A stretch of DNA of 64,000 bases from an uncultured Moraxella sp. (GTDB lineage: Bacteria; Pseudomonadota; Gammaproteobacteria; Pseudomonadales; Moraxellaceae), in assembly GCA_943908425.1 (NCBI GenBank), contig CALTTC010000003.1, forward strand, positions 40,661 through 104,660. Reading direction: 5' to 3'. Positions 41,410-51,739 of this stretch are shown piece after piece (position 1 is the first letter of the stretch; each line of letters starts with the position of its first letter). The translations under genes and the position numbers were made by a program. A model generated the notes under the pieces. It was not told the DNA's origin and did not search any database. It saw only the letters and a list, made by a program, of their open reading frames with translations.

Positions 41410-42570
41410 CTATAAGCCCATCCAGTCGGTAAGCATAATGCCCACCCCCACAGAGGTTGCCTCGTGGTTATAGTCCACAATGGATTGTCCATAGCCGTGA
41501 AACAACTGCACATAGCCCGATGCACCGCGGCGTAAAGGACGCACATAATCTAGCTGTAGCGCCCCCTTGCCTGTTTTTGGATTTAGGCGCGCAAGCCCTG
41601 AGATGTTACTACCACTCTCTAGTTGATAAATAAACTTGACATCGCCATAGCCATAATAATCGCTAATATCAGGGTTATCATCGGGTTTTGTGCCGTCTTT
41701 TTTAACCACCCGCGTCCACAGCCTTGGCATAATAGTCAGTCGCCCCCACTCTGCCCCGCCCATTAAGTATAGCCGATTCCAAGAACGTGACAACGGGTCA
41801 GCCTCGCCATTAGAATGGTGCACCGCGCCAGCACCTAACAAGCGTAAACGTCCACCTAGCGGTAAATCCGCCGCCACAGGCTGGGTCAAAAAAATCTCCG
41901 GCTCATAATCGTGCGCCCGAAAAGGACGTGAGTTGTCCTCATTATACACTTGCCAGTGCGACAGCTGGGTATAGCCAAGCCATAAATCGGCATCGGTGCC
42001 AAACAGATTTTCTCCTGCCTTGGTTTTTAGCGATAATTGAAATTTAAGCTCGGCGTTACGCATTTCGTTATCACTAAACGCTACCGGCGCTTGCGTGGGC
42101 GTTTGTGGATAGCGGTTAGGGCGGGCATTGACATACAATGGCAAAATATAGTTGGCGTTGTGGGGGCGTGCCGACCATAGTCCGCGCTCACTATTACGCT
42201 CCAAATCATAAGACAGGCTAAGCAAGCTATGCTCCGACAACTCGCGCGCGGATAGCCCAAGCTCGGTAACCACGCCAGTATCTGTTAGCGTCTCGGGGAC
42301 TATTTGCGCTTCTTCTAATACAATCTGTGGCTTGCCAGTAATGGTACTCTTTAGTGTTTGCGAGAGATTAACAGGGCGTTTTATCACATTATCCGCTTCT
42401 ACGAGCGCATCAAAACACGCCAAGCGACTGGCATCGTCAATAATCTGCTGGCAAGCACCAAGCTCACTGCCAGCACCAACCACAGACGGTGTATCAGACG
42501 GCGCAACTGGCGCGGAATCAGCGTGGGCGACAGCGGTCGTTAGCGACAAAGCAAGTAAAGTCTTGCGCAT
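41410..42570 (-). CDS. pldA: Outer-membrane phospholipase A (OMPLA)
   Basis: Signal peptide and a beta-barrel with the catalytic HxSNG motif (AVHHSNGE) and YTQLSHWQ. Confidence 0.8.
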   Translation of the reverse strand: MRKTLLALSLTTAVAHADSAPVAPSDTPSVVGAGSELGACQQIIDDASRLACFDALVEADNVIKRPVNLSQTLKSTITGKPQIVLEEAQIVPETLTDTGVVTELGLSARELSEHSLLSLSYDLERNSERGLWSARPHNANYILPLYVNARPNRYPQTPTQAPVAFSDNEMRNAELKFQLSLKTKAGENLFGTDADLWLGYTQLSHWQVYNEDNSRPFRAHDYEPEIFLTQPVAADLPLGGRLRLLGAGAVHHSNGEADPLSRSWNRLYLMGGAEWGRLTIMPRLWTRVVKKDGTKPDDNPDISDYYGYGDVKFIYQLESGSNISGLARLNPKTGKGALQLDYVRPLRRGASGYVQLFHGYGQSIVDYNHEATSVGVGIMLTDWMGL

Positions 42571-42684
42571 AATTTTCTCAAAAAATAAATAACCATCTAT
42601 TGTAATACAAAATAAAACCCCAACAAAGCGCTATTTCACAAAGACAAACAGCCTAAGCACATTTGTTGCTTATCTATCGCCCAC

Positions 42685-44496
42685 TTAACGCCTTGCTAAC
42701 TGCTGTAGCTGCGCCACAAAGTCTGTGCGGCTAATCTCGCCTAGCTGCTGTGCCACCCACTGCCCCTCTTGATAATACAGTAATGCTGGCGGTCCAAAGA
42801 GATTATAGCGCGCCAGTACCGCACGGCTATCGGCGCTAGTCTCGGTAATATCTAGCTTGACCACTTGCCAATTGCCAAGCTCAGGCGGAGGGTTTTGAAA
42901 TAAATTGGCATCCATAATCTTACATTCAATACACCACTCCGCGGTAATATCCACCACTACGTTACTGTTACTTGCCAAAATTTTATCCAATTCGGCAAGC
43001 GTGGTTACCACAATCGGCGCGGATTGTAGCTTGTCTGTCGGTTGTCGTAACGGCGCAAACGGTTGCCACACATTGACCGCCCCTAAACCTGCACCGACCA
43101 ATAAACAACCCGCCCACACGCCAAGTGGTAGCGCGATAAGCCGTGCCAGCGTGTGCTTAAGTCGCCAAAAAAATCCAGCCAGTACCGCAAACCATAACGC
43201 CCATAATAACAACATCCAGCTGGTTGCCACCACACGATTGACCAATAATAGCGCCACGGCAAACAGCAATAAGCCACCAAATTGTTTAACATGTATCATC
43301 CATGCCCCAGATTTAGGCATAAATTTGCCTTGGGTAGTGCCAATTACCACAAGCGGTAACGACAAGCCAATGCCAAGGGCAAATAGTGCAACAAAACCCA
43401 AGGCAATATTGCCACTCACGCCTACCGCGCCTAGCGCCCCTGCCATCGGTACTGACACACATGGCGACACCACAAGCGCCGACAAAATACCTGCTACGAA
43501 ACTGCCAGGCGCTGTGCCAAAAAACCTATCGGCACGTCCTGCGCCTTGCTGTAAGCGACTGCTCAGTGCTTGAGGCATTTTTAGCTGCACCACATCTAGC
43601 ATTTGTAAGCCGAGTAGCACAAATAGCGCGGCAAAACCCAATAAAATATAAGGATTTTGTAGCCACGCCAGCACCCCAACACCGCGCCCAAACCACGCCA
43701 CCAGCGCCCCAAGTGCGCCATAACTAACCGACACCCCAAGTCCATAGCTGGCGGTTAAAACAAAGCCACGACGGGCGGTGGGCTTGCCAGTTGCTACAAT
43801 GCCAGCAATGATGGGAATCATTGGATACACGCACGGCGTAAAGGCAAGCAATAGCCCCGCCAAGAACAGTAATAGCACCGCAAGCATTGGACGATTTGCC
43901 ACCCCAAATGGGTCACTTTCCCCTGCCAAAGTGTGGTTTAATTGATATCCTGTTAGTGTAGCGGTAGTCGGCGTTGTCTCTGCGCTAGTAGTGCTAACCG
44001 CGGGCACTTGGGCAACTGATGTCTCGCCGTCAAGTTGTACGGGGATTTTTTCGGGAGGATAGCATAGCCCCGCTTCGGCACAGCCTTGAAAACCAAGTAA
44101 CGCTTCACCCGTCGCCCCATTTAAGGGTAAGCTTGCCACCACATCACGCGTAAATACCGCCACCGCCCCAAATTGAGGGTCGTCCACCGTGGTCGGTGCG
44201 ATACTAAACTCAAAGTTATCAAGTACCGTGCCATCGGCAAGTGTCAAATGCAATTTGTCTTGATAAAGATAATATCCCGGTGCGATTTGAATATGTAACG
44301 TTAGCGTGTCATCGGCAACTGTTGGATTTAGCGAAAACGCCTGCATCACCGGCAAAAATTTAGCCGGCTTATTAGCAAACAAAGACTCAAGGCTATTTGA
44401 CCCACTTGGTTGTGGCGCGCCTTGCTGGCTGTAGGCAGACGTTAATGGCATTAGACAAGCCATGGCTAGCGCTACCATAGTTATTTTGCGTTTCAT
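42685..44496 (-). CDS. dsbD: Thiol:disulfide interchange protein DsbD
   Basis: Periplasmic N-domain, a TM core with CVYPMIPI and a C-terminal thioredoxin domain with WCIECK. Confidence 0.85.
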   Translation of the reverse strand: MKRKITMVALAMACLMPLTSAYSQQGAPQPSGSNSLESLFANKPAKFLPVMQAFSLNPTVADDTLTLHIQIAPGYYLYQDKLHLTLADGTVLDNFEFSIAPTTVDDPQFGAVAVFTRDVVASLPLNGATGEALLGFQGCAEAGLCYPPEKIPVQLDGETSVAQVPAVSTTSAETTPTTATLTGYQLNHTLAGESDPFGVANRPMLAVLLLFLAGLLLAFTPCVYPMIPIIAGIVATGKPTARRGFVLTASYGLGVSVSYGALGALVAWFGRGVGVLAWLQNPYILLGFAALFVLLGLQMLDVVQLKMPQALSSRLQQGAGRADRFFGTAPGSFVAGILSALVVSPCVSVPMAGALGAVGVSGNIALGFVALFALGIGLSLPLVVIGTTQGKFMPKSGAWMIHVKQFGGLLLFAVALLLVNRVVATSWMLLLWALWFAVLAGFFWRLKHTLARLIALPLGVWAGCLLVGAGLGAVNVWQPFAPLRQPTDKLQSAPIVVTTLAELDKILASNSNVVVDITAEWCIECKIMDANLFQNPPPELGNWQVVKLDITETSADSRAVLARYNLFGPPALLYYQEGQWVAQQLGEISRTDFVAQLQQLARR

Positions 44497-44584
44497 CGTG
44501 TTCCCCTTGTGTTATCCTGCTTGCTACCTGTATTAGGCATCTTACCGACAAAAAATGACACTTGACTGACAAAAATTGTCAGTA

Positions 44585-45751
44585 TTAGCGCTCACCCAAG
44601 CCCTCAGATAAGGTCTTAGTAATGGGTTTTGTTAGATAAGACAATACCGTACGCTCGCGCGCTTTGATGTCTACAGTCGCAGTCATGCCCGGACGAATGA
44701 CAATATCTTTGGCGCGGTCGGCATATTCAGCATCGCCAATGCGAATTTGCACACGATAATAAGGTTCCTCGCCATGGGCAGTACGTTGCATTAGAGTGTC
44801 TGGGCTAATATACACCACCTCGCCGGTCATCGCACCAAAAATAGAATAATCATAGGCATCAAGCTTGACGCTAGCGGTCTGTCCTTCTTGCACATAGGCG
44901 ATATCGGCAGGTTTAATTTTTGCCTCCACCACCAAATCACCACTGGTCGGTAACAGCTGCATAATAACATCGCCAGGCTTCACCACCCCGCCAATGGTCG
45001 TAACATTGATATTATTAACCTTGCCATCAGTAGGCGCATACAGGCGTTTTTCTTCTAGCACTTGGTTTCTGTCGCGCAGTTGTTCTTGCTCGGCTTGCAA
45101 ATCCTCTTGGGCTTTGGTCAGCTCCGCTTGCGCCTCTTCAAAATATTTATTGCGCTTATTATTAATCTGTGCCTCAATATCCGCCACTTGACGTTGCAAA
45201 CGAATAATATCTGCTTGACTTACATCACCGTAACGCAATAACGGCTCATTCAGCGCTAATTCTTGTTTGGCTAGGCGTAACATATTTTGTAGGGAGGAGA
45301 CATCTTGTTCAATCGCCATTTTGCGGCGATTATAAAGCTGGGTTTGGTTAGTCACATACTCAGGATAACCTTGTAAACTGTCGGCAAAGACCAGCGGTTT
45401 ATCAAAAATTTCTGCCTCTAAACGGCTGATTTTCGCTTGCAGAGCAGCAACTTTGGAGGCAGCATTATTAAGTGCCGCTTGCGCACGTTCTTCTTCTAAC
45501 ACGAGTAATAACTGCTCTTTTTTGACCTCATCGCCCTCTTTGACAAGGAGCTGGGTTAGCACGCCCCCCTCTGAGGCTTGGATTTCTTGGGTTCTGGCAC
45601 TGGCAATGACAGTTGCTTGCGCGCGCGTGACTTGGTCAATTTTGGCGAATGACGCCCACACCAGTAGCAGCACAATGACCAGTAATGCAAGCCAAATGGT
45701 TAAGCGCACACGCTTATTGCTTGGGCGAGTAGGCGTATATTGATAACTCAT
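44585..45751 (-). CDS. Type I secretion periplasmic adaptor (HlyD-family membrane fusion protein)
   Basis: N-terminal TM anchor, a long coiled coil and a lipoyl/beta-barrel C-terminus. It overlaps the upstream ABC transporter gene by 4 nt. Confidence 0.8.
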   Translation of the reverse strand: MSYQYTPTRPSNKRVRLTIWLALLVIVLLLVWASFAKIDQVTRAQATVIASARTQEIQASEGGVLTQLLVKEGDEVKKEQLLLVLEEERAQAALNNAASKVAALQAKISRLEAEIFDKPLVFADSLQGYPEYVTNQTQLYNRRKMAIEQDVSSLQNMLRLAKQELALNEPLLRYGDVSQADIIRLQRQVADIEAQINNKRNKYFEEAQAELTKAQEDLQAEQEQLRDRNQVLEEKRLYAPTDGKVNNINVTTIGGVVKPGDVIMQLLPTSGDLVVEAKIKPADIAYVQEGQTASVKLDAYDYSIFGAMTGEVVYISPDTLMQRTAHGEEPYYRVQIRIGDAEYADRAKDIVIRPGMTATVDIKARERTVLSYLTKPITKTLSEGLGER

Positions 45752-47901
45752 TGGGGATCACCTTCTAAATTCTGCTTGGCGGCTTCATTTTGTAATTGTT
45801 TAGTATGTGCCTGTGCTTGCTCGTTTTTGGCAAGTTGCTCAAGCACCGCCTGTTTTGGTCCATCCATCACAATCTGCCCATTTGCCATAATAATAATGCG
45901 CTCCACCAATTGCAAAAGCCCCATCTTGTGCGTAGAAACCACCAAAGTTTTGCGCCGGTCTTCTAACGCTTGTGCCAACGCTTGTAAGCATTGCTGTTCT
46001 TGCATATTATCCATAGAAGCGGTCGGTTCATCAAGTAGCCACACGGCAGGATTGGTAAGGATTAGGCGGGTAAATGCCACCAGTTGTTTTTGTCCGCCAG
46101 ACAACCCCTTACCCCCTTCAGTAATGGGTAAATCAAGCCCACTAGAATGCGTAGAAACTAGACGAATTAAGCCTGTGCGGTGCAAAGCGTGACTTAAGAC
46201 ATCATCAGGCGGAGCGGGCATGCCAATCAATAGATTCTCACGCAATGTCCCTTGAAACAGGCGATGATCCTGTTGCAAATAACCCACTTGCTCGCTTAAG
46301 CTTTCACGGCTAATTTGGCGAATATCCAAGCCGTCAAGATATAATTGTCCGTCTGTTGGTGCATATAAACCCGATAATAACTTTAACAGCGTGGATTTAC
46401 CCGAACCAATCGTCCCCAAAATCGCCACGCGCTCCCCTGCACGAATGGTTAAATTATCAATGTGTAACGCAGGACGGTCATTGCCAGCATAGGCAAAGCT
46501 CAGCTTATGACACTGATAATTACCATAAATTTGACTGGGCGATAAAGGATAACTGACCCCAGCATTGTCTTGTTGTAGCTCAAAGAGTTTTTCTATGTTG
46601 TCGCTGGCTGCTTTAGCGTGGGAATATTGCACAAGCATATTAGGCAAATTCATAATTGGTGCTAACACCCGCCCACCCAAAATGGTGCAGGCAATCAAGC
46701 CACCGATGGTTTTTTCATGACTCATGACAATAAACGCGCCAATAATCACAATTAAAACATAGCTGATTTGTTGGAGCATTTGTACTGAATAGTTAAGATT
46801 GTCATTGGTATGACGCATTTGCAAATCATTGGTAGTTGTGGCGTTCATCACCGTAAGCCAACGCGATAAAAACTTCCAATTACCCGCCCCTGCTTTGATG
46901 GTTTCCATGCCCTCTACCGCTTCCACCAAAATACCGGTCTTTTTGTAGGAGTCTTGCGCACCCGCTCCAGCAATGGCGTTGATTTTTTTGCGTGCATTTA
47001 AGCCAAGCATAATACCAATAAACGCTGCTACCACTGGCACAAGAGCAATCCACGGCGAACCGATAAAAGCAATCACCACAATAAAAATGGCGCTCATCGG
47101 CAAATCCACAAGCGTAAATAACGTACTTGCAGTAAAAAAACTGCGTACTTGCTCATAGCCACGCAACTGGGCGGCAAGCGAACCGACCGACGCTGGCATT
47201 TGATCCACACGCACACGCAACAGGCGCTCAAAAATATCGCGTGACAGATTTTGGTCTAATCCCACAACCATATTATCCATCACTTTAGCGCGTGAAAATT
47301 TCATCACCGCCTCAAAAATAATGACCAGTCCCACACCGCTTGCCAGCACCACAAGGGTGGCACTGTTGCCTGTCGGTATCACGCGGTCATACACTTGCAT
47401 AGAAAATAACGACACTGCCAGCGCCAAAAAATTGATAATCAACGAAGCAACCACCGCCTCTATGACCACCGATTTATGACTGAGTAAGTTTTGGCGTAAC
47501 AGGGCTTTAAAGGTGGTGTTTTTTTGTACTAAATGTTGATTGGTTAATACCAAATTGGCGACAAAACCAAGCTCACTTGCTTTGATGCGATGTGTGGCGC
47601 CCTCTTGTTCCATAAGCCACTGATTATCCGCCAACTGCTGTACAATACGCCCAAAACCCAACTGCTGATGATAGACAATGAGTGGCATATAAGCAGGGTC
47701 AGGTGCCTGTAGCTGTTCTGGTTTGTCTAGCACCCCAAGCACTTCTAGCATTTTTAATAATCGTAAATAATGATCATTCACGTTTACGACGCTTTCGCTG
47801 GCAGACTGTAAGCGGTTTTTATCCACGCTAAAGCCTTGCTCTTTTAGGGTGCGCGCAAGGACAAAGACTAGGTGATGATTGGTATTATCGGCTATAGTCA
47901 T
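45748..47901 (-). CDS. Type I secretion ABC transporter ATPase/permease with an N-terminal C39-like (non-catalytic) domain, HlyB type. The start is taken at the internal Met MTIADNT.
   Basis: The N-terminal 130 aa form a peptidase-C39-like fold without a Cys, followed by six TM helices and an ABC NBD (GTIGSGKST, LSGGQKQ, LLDEPTASMD). Confidence 0.8.
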   Translation of the reverse strand: MTIADNTNHHLVFVLARTLKEQGFSVDKNRLQSASESVVNVNDHYLRLLKMLEVLGVLDKPEQLQAPDPAYMPLIVYHQQLGFGRIVQQLADNQWLMEQEGATHRIKASELGFVANLVLTNQHLVQKNTTFKALLRQNLLSHKSVVIEAVVASLIINFLALAVSLFSMQVYDRVIPTGNSATLVVLASGVGLVIIFEAVMKFSRAKVMDNMVVGLDQNLSRDIFERLLRVRVDQMPASVGSLAAQLRGYEQVRSFFTASTLFTLVDLPMSAIFIVVIAFIGSPWIALVPVVAAFIGIMLGLNARKKINAIAGAGAQDSYKKTGILVEAVEGMETIKAGAGNWKFLSRWLTVMNATTTNDLQMRHTNDNLNYSVQMLQQISYVLIVIIGAFIVMSHEKTIGGLIACTILGGRVLAPIMNLPNMLVQYSHAKAASDNIEKLFELQQDNAGVSYPLSPSQIYGNYQCHKLSFAYAGNDRPALHIDNLTIRAGERVAILGTIGSGKSTLLKLLSGLYAPTDGQLYLDGLDIRQISRESLSEQVGYLQQDHRLFQGTLRENLLIGMPAPPDDVLSHALHRTGLIRLVSTHSSGLDLPITEGGKGLSGGQKQLVAFTRLILTNPAVWLLDEPTASMDNMQEQQCLQALAQALEDRRKTLVVSTHKMGLLQLVERIIIMANGQIVMDGPKQAVLEQLAKNEQAQAHTKQLQNEAAKQNLEGDPQ

Positions 47902-47914
47902 TCTTATAATATCT

Positions 47915-49360
47915 CTAAAAAGCAGGGGGTGACGTATCGGTAGCACTATCAGTAGCAATACTATCATTGGTAGTAGCACTATCAGGCACGTCGTTTACTG
48001 GTGCAATATCATCAAGCATCGGCTCAAAAAAAGCCTCTGGCGGATTGGGGTCTTGATAGGCAAGCCACTGCGTTAGTTGTAAATAGGGGTGAAATTCTTG
48101 CACGTCTTGAAGGGTATGCACTTTTTGCCACGGCATCACCCCAAAATCTACTTGCAATTTAAAAAAGTTGGCAACCATCTGTGATTGCACCTGTAGTAGC
48201 TGCTGTTGGTATTGCGACTGCTCGCGCACGGCATTTAGCACCTCAAGCCAGCTTTTGCGTCCCGCGATAAATTGCCGTTGGTAGGAATTAACCACAATCT
48301 GTGCCCCTGCCACGGCTGTGGTTAAGGACAGTTCTTGGTCCTTGGATGACACAAATTGCTGATACTGCGTTTGGATATTTTCCATAACAGTACGGCGCAC
48401 CGCCTCGGTGTTCTGCACAAGACTTTCTACACGCGCTTGACTGGCTCGCTGTAGCGCAACATTAGAAAATCCCGCCCCTGGGTCATAACTTAGCCCCCAC
48501 GACAAATCGCTGTCATTTTCTCGCCCCTTTTGGTAGTGCGCGTACTCATATTGGGCATAAAGCTTGGGGTATTGTGCCGCTTTTTGGGCACGGGCTTGAT
48601 GGCGCGCCGCTTCCACCGCAAAACGTTGGCGTACTACACTTGGGTTGGTTTGGCTAATATCACCAAGCACTAATTGGCTAAACCCTGCTGATTGTTGTTT
48701 GGCATAGCGCACAAGCATTGCTAGCGGCAAGGATTGCCCTGTCTGCACAGGCTCTCCTACCATCTGTTGTAGTCTGGCTAGGGCGATTTTTTCTTGTTCT
48801 TGGGCAGCTTGATAGGCGTGCTGGTCTTGCAAGATACGATTGGTAATTAAGTCAAGCTCAATTTTGGCGGACACCCCTTGCGCTACCCTGCGCTGCATCA
48901 TCGCCTCAAAATCCGCTAAGCGCGCCAAACTTTGCAAATACAAATCCTGCAATGCGATAGCATAGATATAGCTTTGCCAAATATCAATGGTATTTTTGGC
49001 AACGGTGTTTTGTTGTTCATAAATGTAAGCGGTAGCGGCTTTATTATCATAAATGGCTTGATTGACATTAGCCGTCAGCTGTCCGCCCGACCACAAGGGC
49101 TGACGCACTCCCACGCGACTGACCACACCATAATCAGCGCTACGTCCAGCACTCACAGTAGGTGTCGGCAAAAAATTGAGCTTAGCCGCCAAGACCCCCT
49201 CTTCGCTTGCCGTCTCATCTGCAACCGCCGCCAACACAAGCGGATGGGTCTGCACCGCTACTTGCAACAAGCCATTGACATCCATTGGATTAACCGCATA
49301 GCTTATTGTGGGCAAAACAACACACGTCGCGACAACGAGACGAGAAAAAAAGCATTTCAT
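47915..49360 (-). CDS. TolC-family type I secretion outer-membrane protein
   Basis: Signal peptide, two TolC repeat halves rich in coiled coil, and first position in an operon with the hlyB/hlyD-like genes. Confidence 0.8.
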   Translation of the reverse strand: MKCFFSRLVVATCVVLPTISYAVNPMDVNGLLQVAVQTHPLVLAAVADETASEEGVLAAKLNFLPTPTVSAGRSADYGVVSRVGVRQPLWSGGQLTANVNQAIYDNKAATAYIYEQQNTVAKNTIDIWQSYIYAIALQDLYLQSLARLADFEAMMQRRVAQGVSAKIELDLITNRILQDQHAYQAAQEQEKIALARLQQMVGEPVQTGQSLPLAMLVRYAKQQSAGFSQLVLGDISQTNPSVVRQRFAVEAARHQARAQKAAQYPKLYAQYEYAHYQKGRENDSDLSWGLSYDPGAGFSNVALQRASQARVESLVQNTEAVRRTVMENIQTQYQQFVSSKDQELSLTTAVAGAQIVVNSYQRQFIAGRKSWLEVLNAVREQSQYQQQLLQVQSQMVANFFKLQVDFGVMPWQKVHTLQDVQEFHPYLQLTQWLAYQDPNPPEAFFEPMLDDIAPVNDVPDSATTNDSIATDSATDTSPPAF

Positions 49361-49536
49361 GATAAGGCAGACAATCGCTAAATAGCTCCTATTTTAAGTC
49401 AAGATGCCCAAATGCACAAGGTTTTTTGCCACAGTTACCAAAAAACAACCGCTGTGTGACACAACGCAAGCTTTGATGCTTGCCAATAATTGTCAAAACC
49501 GTTATTCTTATCCCTTTATCCAACAATAGGTGATTT

Positions 49537-50343
49537 ATGCAAAAATTTCTTGTATTTGGTGTGTTATTGGCAAGTGTCTCTGCCTTTGCTGCCCCTGCCA
49601 CACCAACCATGCGTGGTGAATACCTTAATCTTACCCTACCCAACGCCCTAAACCTTGCCAACAATCCAGTAGCCGGCTTACCTATCCCCAAATCTGGCGT
49701 TAGTGAAGTGTTGCGCATACCCACCATTTTGATTGACCAAACCAAAAACGGCGGCGGACAAATTGATGTCACCTTAGTGGATGATTTTATTGCCGATGTC
49801 AGCCCAAACGCGCGCCACTATCCCCCCAATTTTCCTAACCGCACCGCTCAGCACTACACGCGTGAGAACGTTAAGCACTTGGCGACTTTTTTGGAGCCGT
49901 TTGCTAGCGCACCAAATGCCTCGTATGACGTGCTTATCCGTGCCGCTAAACTTAACGCGATGGGGCGCAATCTAGACTTAGGCTCAGAGTATGGCGTACG
50001 TGCTAGTACCCACCTTGCCAACGCCCTAAAAATAAAGCCAAACGACACCGAAGCCAATCTTATCTATGGCATTATGCTAGCAGAAGGGGGCGGTTTTAAA
50101 GAAAGCAAAAAATACCTAGACAAAGCCGCCGCTAACGGCTCGCTAGAAGCAGAACAAAGCTTAGCGCAAGCAGATCTATTGGGCGACAACAAAGCCGCTG
50201 CTGTGAGTCGTTTACAGCGCTTACAAGCCAAACATCCCAACAATGCCCAGTTGCGCGAACAGTTGCGTATTGTTGAAGGCGGCGGCTACTATATTTGGGA
50301 CATCAAAGACAACGATATTAACGTCAAGCCCATCACCCGCTAA
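49537..50343 (+). CDS. Secreted protein with a TPR/Sel1-like C-terminal region, function unknown
   Basis: Signal peptide MQKFLVFGVLLASVSAFA and a helical-repeat-like C-terminus. Confidence 0.5.
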   Translation: MQKFLVFGVLLASVSAFAAPATPTMRGEYLNLTLPNALNLANNPVAGLPIPKSGVSEVLRIPTILIDQTKNGGGQIDVTLVDDFIADVSPNARHYPPNFPNRTAQHYTRENVKHLATFLEPFASAPNASYDVLIRAAKLNAMGRNLDLGSEYGVRASTHLANALKIKPNDTEANLIYGIMLAEGGGFKESKKYLDKAAANGSLEAEQSLAQADLLGDNKAAAVSRLQRLQAKHPNNAQLREQLRIVEGGGYYIWDIKDNDINVKPITR

Positions 50344-50362
50344 CCACCACCCCAAAAACAAA

Positions 50363-50391
50363 ATGCCGATAACTTAATCGGCATTTTTTTA
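50363..50391. terminator. Bidirectional rho-independent terminator between the secreted-protein gene (+) and surA (-)
   Basis: AAAATGCCGAT-AACTTA-ATCGGCATTTTTTT. Confidence 0.7.
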
Positions 50392-50408
50392 GGTTTAAAA
50401 CACTTGTA

Positions 50409-51686
50409 TTATTTGGGCATAATATTGATATAAGCGCTTGATTTTAGCTCTTGTAGCCAATCCTCTTGGGCTTGGGGCGCCTGACGCTTAAACAATATCT
50501 CCTCCGCCAATGCACGCTTATATTGCTCGGTCACATCACGTTGGCGCGTGGCATCTACTTTGACAATATGATAACCAAACTGGCTGACAAAGGGGCGCGA
50601 AAAATCTCCCGCGCTGGTGTTTTTCATTGCCACCTCAAACGCCGGTACCATCTGCCCTTCACTCACCCAGCCAAGACTGCCCTGCTTAGCCGCAGACCCT
50701 GTATCATCAGAATAAGTCGCTGCCAATTCCCCAAAATTCGCCCCTTGCAATAACGCATTGTACAACTCGTTAATCCGTTGCTCTGCCAATGCGGCGCTTT
50801 GATTGGCATCAACCTTGACAAGAATATGGCTTGCCTGCCATTCAGGCAATAACACTTGTCCATCATCGCGCTTATCTAGCAACAAAATTACATCCACGCC
50901 TTGCGCACCCACCAGTGGCGGACTAATACCGCCCACTGGTAGACTTGTGATAATAGGTGCCAAATCAGCGGGTAAATTCGCTGCTGGATGATAGCCAGTA
51001 TCCGCCCCTTGCAAGTCCAGCGGATAATCTTGCCCAGCTTGTGCCATCACCGTCTCTAAATCCTGCCCTGCCGCCAAGGCTTGGCGCACACGCTGTCCTA
51101 CCGCCAAGGCTTGTGCCTGACTGGTTGTCGCATCAATGGGCACGCGAATATGCACGGTACGATATTGCACCTGATTTAACGCTTGTCCTTCTGGCGAGCG
51201 TAAAAATGCCTCTATTTCTTGGGGGCTAATTTTGACAAGATTTGTGAGTTGGTGTTCCATCAATGCCCCAACTGCTGCCTCGTCAATCAATTCTTGACGT
51301 AAGGCATTATAACTGCCTAATTGCTGCCGCTCCAAGCTTTGTTGAAACTCGGCAAGACTATTAAAGCCTTGCGCTTTGGCAATTTGTAATAGCTGATTAT
51401 CAATCAACTCATCATTCACATTCACCCCTGCGCGCTTTACAATACCCAGTTGCAGTTTACGCAATATTAATAGCTCTAGCGCCTGACGCTCTGCCAATGC
51501 TTGACTGATAGTCTGCCCACGCGCCGCATAATCTTGCAGCAGTGCATTGGTGGTATCGGCAAGCTCACTTTGTAAAATAATGCTGTCATTGACGACCGCC
51601 GCCACGCCGTCTTGTTTGGCAAATGCTGTCATCGGCAAGGTAAGACTTAACGCCACAAGACTGGCATAGATGAATTGTTTTGACAT
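50409..51686 (-). CDS. surA: Periplasmic chaperone / peptidyl-prolyl isomerase SurA. The start is taken at MSKQFIYASL to avoid overlap with lptD.
   Basis: Signal peptide, an N-terminal chaperone domain, two parvulin PPIase domains, and a position immediately downstream of lptD. Confidence 0.85.
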   Translation of the reverse strand: MSKQFIYASLVALSLTLPMTAFAKQDGVAAVVNDSIILQSELADTTNALLQDYAARGQTISQALAERQALELLILRKLQLGIVKRAGVNVNDELIDNQLLQIAKAQGFNSLAEFQQSLERQQLGSYNALRQELIDEAAVGALMEHQLTNLVKISPQEIEAFLRSPEGQALNQVQYRTVHIRVPIDATTSQAQALAVGQRVRQALAAGQDLETVMAQAGQDYPLDLQGADTGYHPAANLPADLAPIITSLPVGGISPPLVGAQGVDVILLLDKRDDGQVLLPEWQASHILVKVDANQSAALAEQRINELYNALLQGANFGELAATYSDDTGSAAKQGSLGWVSEGQMVPAFEVAMKNTSAGDFSRPFVSQFGYHIVKVDATRQRDVTEQYKRALAEEILFKRQAPQAQEDWLQELKSSAYINIMPK

Positions 51687-51739
51687 AGCTACTCCACTTA
51701 TATTAATCATTAACGTGTTATCATACCATTTTTTGGGCA

